Assembly: GCA_965218425.1 (NCBI GenBank)
Contig: OZ244621.1
Location: 2,400,001-2,464,000 of the forward strand
Direction: 5' to 3'
Length of the DNA: 64,000 nucleotides
Source of the DNA: an uncultured Candidatus Binatia bacterium
GTDB lineage: Bacteria; Desulfobacterota; Binatia; UBA9968; CAXXLF01
Numbering within the stretch: position 1 is the first letter of the stretch; every line of letters begins with the position of its first letter. A program made the translations under genes and the position numbers. Under the pieces are notes generated by a model, which was not told where the DNA came from, ran no database searches, and was given only the letters and a program-made list of their open reading frames with translations. Shown here piece after piece: positions 61,501-64,000 of the stretch.

Positions 61501-62382
61501 GTGTCGGAAATAGTGACCTTGGGTCTCATTCAGATGAAGGTAGGAAAGGATCCCAAATCCAGTCTTGCCAAGACCACCGATAAGATTCGGGAGGCAGCCC
61601 ACAAGGGGGCGCAAATCATCTGTCTTCAAGAACTCTTCATGTTCCCTTATTTTCCCCAGAGCGAAGACGCCAAGGGGTTCAGTTTAGCTGAGTCCATTCC
61701 CGGTCCCACCACGGAGTCTTTGAGCCGGCTGGCGGGGAAAGAAAAAATTGTCATCGTTGCCTCGTTGTTTGAGAAGCGTTCCGCAGGGGTCTACCACAAC
61801 ACGGCAGTGGTGCTCGATGCCGACGGGTCCTTATTGGGTAAGTACCGTAAGATGCATATTCCGGATGATCCTGGCTACTACGAAAAATTCTATTTCACTC
61901 CAGGAGACCTTGGCTTTCCAAGCTTCGAGACTCGTTGTGGCAGGATTGGCATTCTCATCTGCTGGGATCAGTGGTTTCCCGAGGCTGCTCGTCTCGTCTC
62001 CTTGAGCGGGGCGCAGATCATATTTTATCCCACCGCCATCGGGAAGATATCCGAGGACACCCCCGCGGCGGCAAGGTCCCAACGCCTCGCGTGGAAGCTC
62101 GTACAGCAGGGGCACGCGGTGGCCAACGGTGTTTACGTCGCCGCGGTTAACCGGGTTGGGCGTGAGGGAAAGCTCCAGTTCTGGGGCAGCTCGTTCGTAG
62201 TGGATCCCTTTGGCGAGATGGTCGCGGAAGCCAACGACTCCAAGGAAGAGATTTTGCTCGCCAACTGTGATCTTCACAAGATCGACGAGACACGCCAAAA
62301 CTGGCCGTTCCTGCGGGACCGCCGTATCGATGCCTACGGGGCCCTGACGGCCCGTTTCCTCGATCAAGACTCTTCAGGGTAG
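61501..62382 (+). CDS. aguB: N-carbamoylputrescine amidase (nitrilase family)
   Basis: CLQELF, YRKMHIPDDPGYYEKFYF, ICWDQWFPE; next to agmatine deiminase. Confidence 0.88.
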   Translation: MSEIVTLGLIQMKVGKDPKSSLAKTTDKIREAAHKGAQIICLQELFMFPYFPQSEDAKGFSLAESIPGPTTESLSRLAGKEKIVIVASLFEKRSAGVYHNTAVVLDADGSLLGKYRKMHIPDDPGYYEKFYFTPGDLGFPSFETRCGRIGILICWDQWFPEAARLVSLSGAQIIFYPTAIGKISEDTPAAARSQRLAWKLVQQGHAVANGVYVAAVNRVGREGKLQFWGSSFVVDPFGEMVAEANDSKEEILLANCDLHKIDETRQNWPFLRDRRIDAYGALTARFLDQDSSG

Positions 62383-62392
62383 GAGAGGCCAG

Positions 62393-63472
62393 TTGGAATC
62401 CGGCTCCTCCGCCCCAAACCCTGCCAAAACATCGCTGATCCCTAGAGAGGAAGGCTTTTCCATGCCGGCGGAGTGGGTGATCCACGAAGCAACCTGGTTG
62501 GCCTGGCCGCAAAATCCTGATGCCTGGCCCGATCCCCTTGAGATGGTTCAGGATGTTTGGGTTCAAATGGTGGAAGTCCTCTCACATGGAGAGAGGGTTT
62601 GTCTCCTGGTAAACAACGAGGACGCTGAAAAGGACGCCGTTGCGAAAATCGGCGCTTCAGGCGCCGATCTTGGAAAAGTGTCCATTTTTAAGATCCCGAC
62701 GGTGGATGTTTGGATCAGAGACTATGGGCCAACCTTCGTTACGCGGAAGCGAGGGAAAACAAGAGTCGGTCTCAACAACTGGGTGTTCAACGCCTGGGGC
62801 CGAAAGTACGACACCTACCTCGACGATGACAGCGTTGCGGGAAAGATTGCGACCTTGCTTCGTCTCCCTGTTTTTGAGCCGGGACTGATTCTCGAGGGAG
62901 GCTCCATCGAGGTTAATGGATACGGGACTTGCCTGTCGACGGACCAGTGTCTTTTGAACCCAAATCGCAACCCCCAACTAGGGCAGGACGATATCGAAGA
63001 GACCCTGAAAAGTCTTCTAGGTGTGAGGCATTTTATCTGGCTTGACCAGGGAATCGTGGGGGATGACACCGACGGCCACATCGACAACCTCGCCAGGTTC
63101 GTCAATCCCACCACGGTGGTGTGCGCCCTGGAGGAAAACCCAGAGGACGAGAACTACCCTTCCTTGAAAGAAAACTATGAGCTTCTGCAGGGAGCCAAGG
63201 ATCAGGACGGAAAAACGCTCAATGTGGTCCCCCTTCCCATGCCTGGACCAGTGATGCATCGAGGAACGAGACTGCCCGCGAGCTACGCCAATTTTTATAT
63301 CGGCAACCATTCAGTGCTTGTACCCCAGTACAGGCACCCAAACGACCAAAGGGCGGTGGAACTTCTCGGCTCCCTGTTCACCGAGCGCAATGTCGTGGGG
63401 ATCGATTGCAACCCCCTCGTCCACGGCCAAGGTGCGATCCACTGTGTTACCCAACAACAGCCCGCCCCTTGA
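62393..63472 (+). CDS. aguA: Agmatine deiminase family protein
   Basis: MPAEW, WIRDYGP, EGGSI, DDTDGHID, SYANF, GAIHCVTQQQP. Confidence 0.93.
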   Translation: MESGSSAPNPAKTSLIPREEGFSMPAEWVIHEATWLAWPQNPDAWPDPLEMVQDVWVQMVEVLSHGERVCLLVNNEDAEKDAVAKIGASGADLGKVSIFKIPTVDVWIRDYGPTFVTRKRGKTRVGLNNWVFNAWGRKYDTYLDDDSVAGKIATLLRLPVFEPGLILEGGSIEVNGYGTCLSTDQCLLNPNRNPQLGQDDIEETLKSLLGVRHFIWLDQGIVGDDTDGHIDNLARFVNPTTVVCALEENPEDENYPSLKENYELLQGAKDQDGKTLNVVPLPMPGPVMHRGTRLPASYANFYIGNHSVLVPQYRHPNDQRAVELLGSLFTERNVVGIDCNPLVHGQGAIHCVTQQQPAP

Positions 63473-63509
63473 CAATAGCGATTCTTAACCCCTAAGCTTA
63501 AACTTGCTT

Positions 63510-63722
63510 ATGGGTCAAGTGGTGGAATTCAAAGAATTGCACCGTGCACGACGTCACCGTGCGGAAAAACAAAGTACGGATCAGTGCATCGAGCTGTTAG
63601 AATGGAACCTCAAGCACAACGTGGACCGATACCTTTCCTCTCCAAACGAGGAACGGTTATTCAGGGTCACCCAGATCCGTAAGCTCAGTGAAGTGCTGGA
63701 ATACGCCCTCAGGCTACGCTGA
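63510..63722 (+). CDS. Small hypothetical protein
   Basis: Helical 70-aa ORF filling the gap; TTGACA-18 nt-TAAGCT just upstream (63469-63498). Confidence 0.55.
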   Translation: MGQVVEFKELHRARRHRAEKQSTDQCIELLEWNLKHNVDRYLSSPNEERLFRVTQIRKLSEVLEYALRLR

Positions 63723-63736
63723 TTCGACACCCACTG

Positions 63737-64000
63737 ATGTTGGAATCGCTGATACCGTTTCTTCCCTACCTTTTTGTCTTTGCCGGCTTGGCCGTTTTGG
63801 GTTGGTTTGTCTTGCGCCGCTTGGATGCCCTCCTGGCGGCAAAGAAAGAAGACCAGACGCTGCTTTTGGTCCAGCAACAAATTGATCAACTCCGCGGACA
63901 GTTCTCCCAGTCCATGGAAAACAACACCCAGCTCATTAACCAGCAACTGGGGCAAGTTTTGGGTCATGTTTCAGACCGGCTGAAGGACCATTCCGAAATC
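63737..64000 (+). CDS. Membrane-anchored coiled-coil protein, probably RmuC family (3' partial)
   Basis: MLESLIPFLPYLFVFAGLAVLGWFVLRR TM followed by Q/L-rich heptads; frame open to the window end. Confidence 0.6.
   Translation, partial: MLESLIPFLPYLFVFAGLAVLGWFVLRRLDALLAAKKEDQTLLLVQQQIDQLRGQFSQSMENNTQLINQQLGQVLGHVSDRLKDHSEI

Overview
A bacterial chromosomal window made up mostly of housekeeping genes. Gene content and order resemble Deltaproteobacteria-like diderms, possibly Candidatus Binatia (inference only). In order: kdsB(partial)-pyrG-kdsA-kdsD-kdsC-lptCAB-rpoN-ptsN-rapZ(frameshifted)-ptsH-metK-ahcY; hemW, an M48 peptidase, 2-oxoacid:ferredoxin oxidoreductase alpha/beta and two Moco genes; xerC-hslVU-argBDFGH-lipoprotein-lysA-dapFAB. 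Next is a probable seven-gene Rieske/split cytochrome b operon with a 55-aa membrane ORF absent from the ORF track, an octaheme coiled-coil cytochrome c and a cupredoxin-like protein. An uncharacterised five-gene cluster follows (VOC, amidohydrolase, ferritin-like protein, dienelactone hydrolase, ornithine-cyclodeaminase-like). The 46-50.5 kb zone is decaying, with tusA, yeeE, dehydrogenase and DUF167 remnants. The window ends with acyl-CoA ligase/DUF35/thiolase-like genes, rhomboid, macrodomain, sixA, gltA, PPi-type PFK, aguBA and a partial rmuC-like gene. I found two dispersed non-coding repeat families (12.8/49.2 kb and 19.6/30.7 kb) and tracts with 7-bp periodicity. I recognised no tRNA, rRNA, CRISPR array, prophage or intact transposase. 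All calls come from reading motifs by eye; no searches were run.
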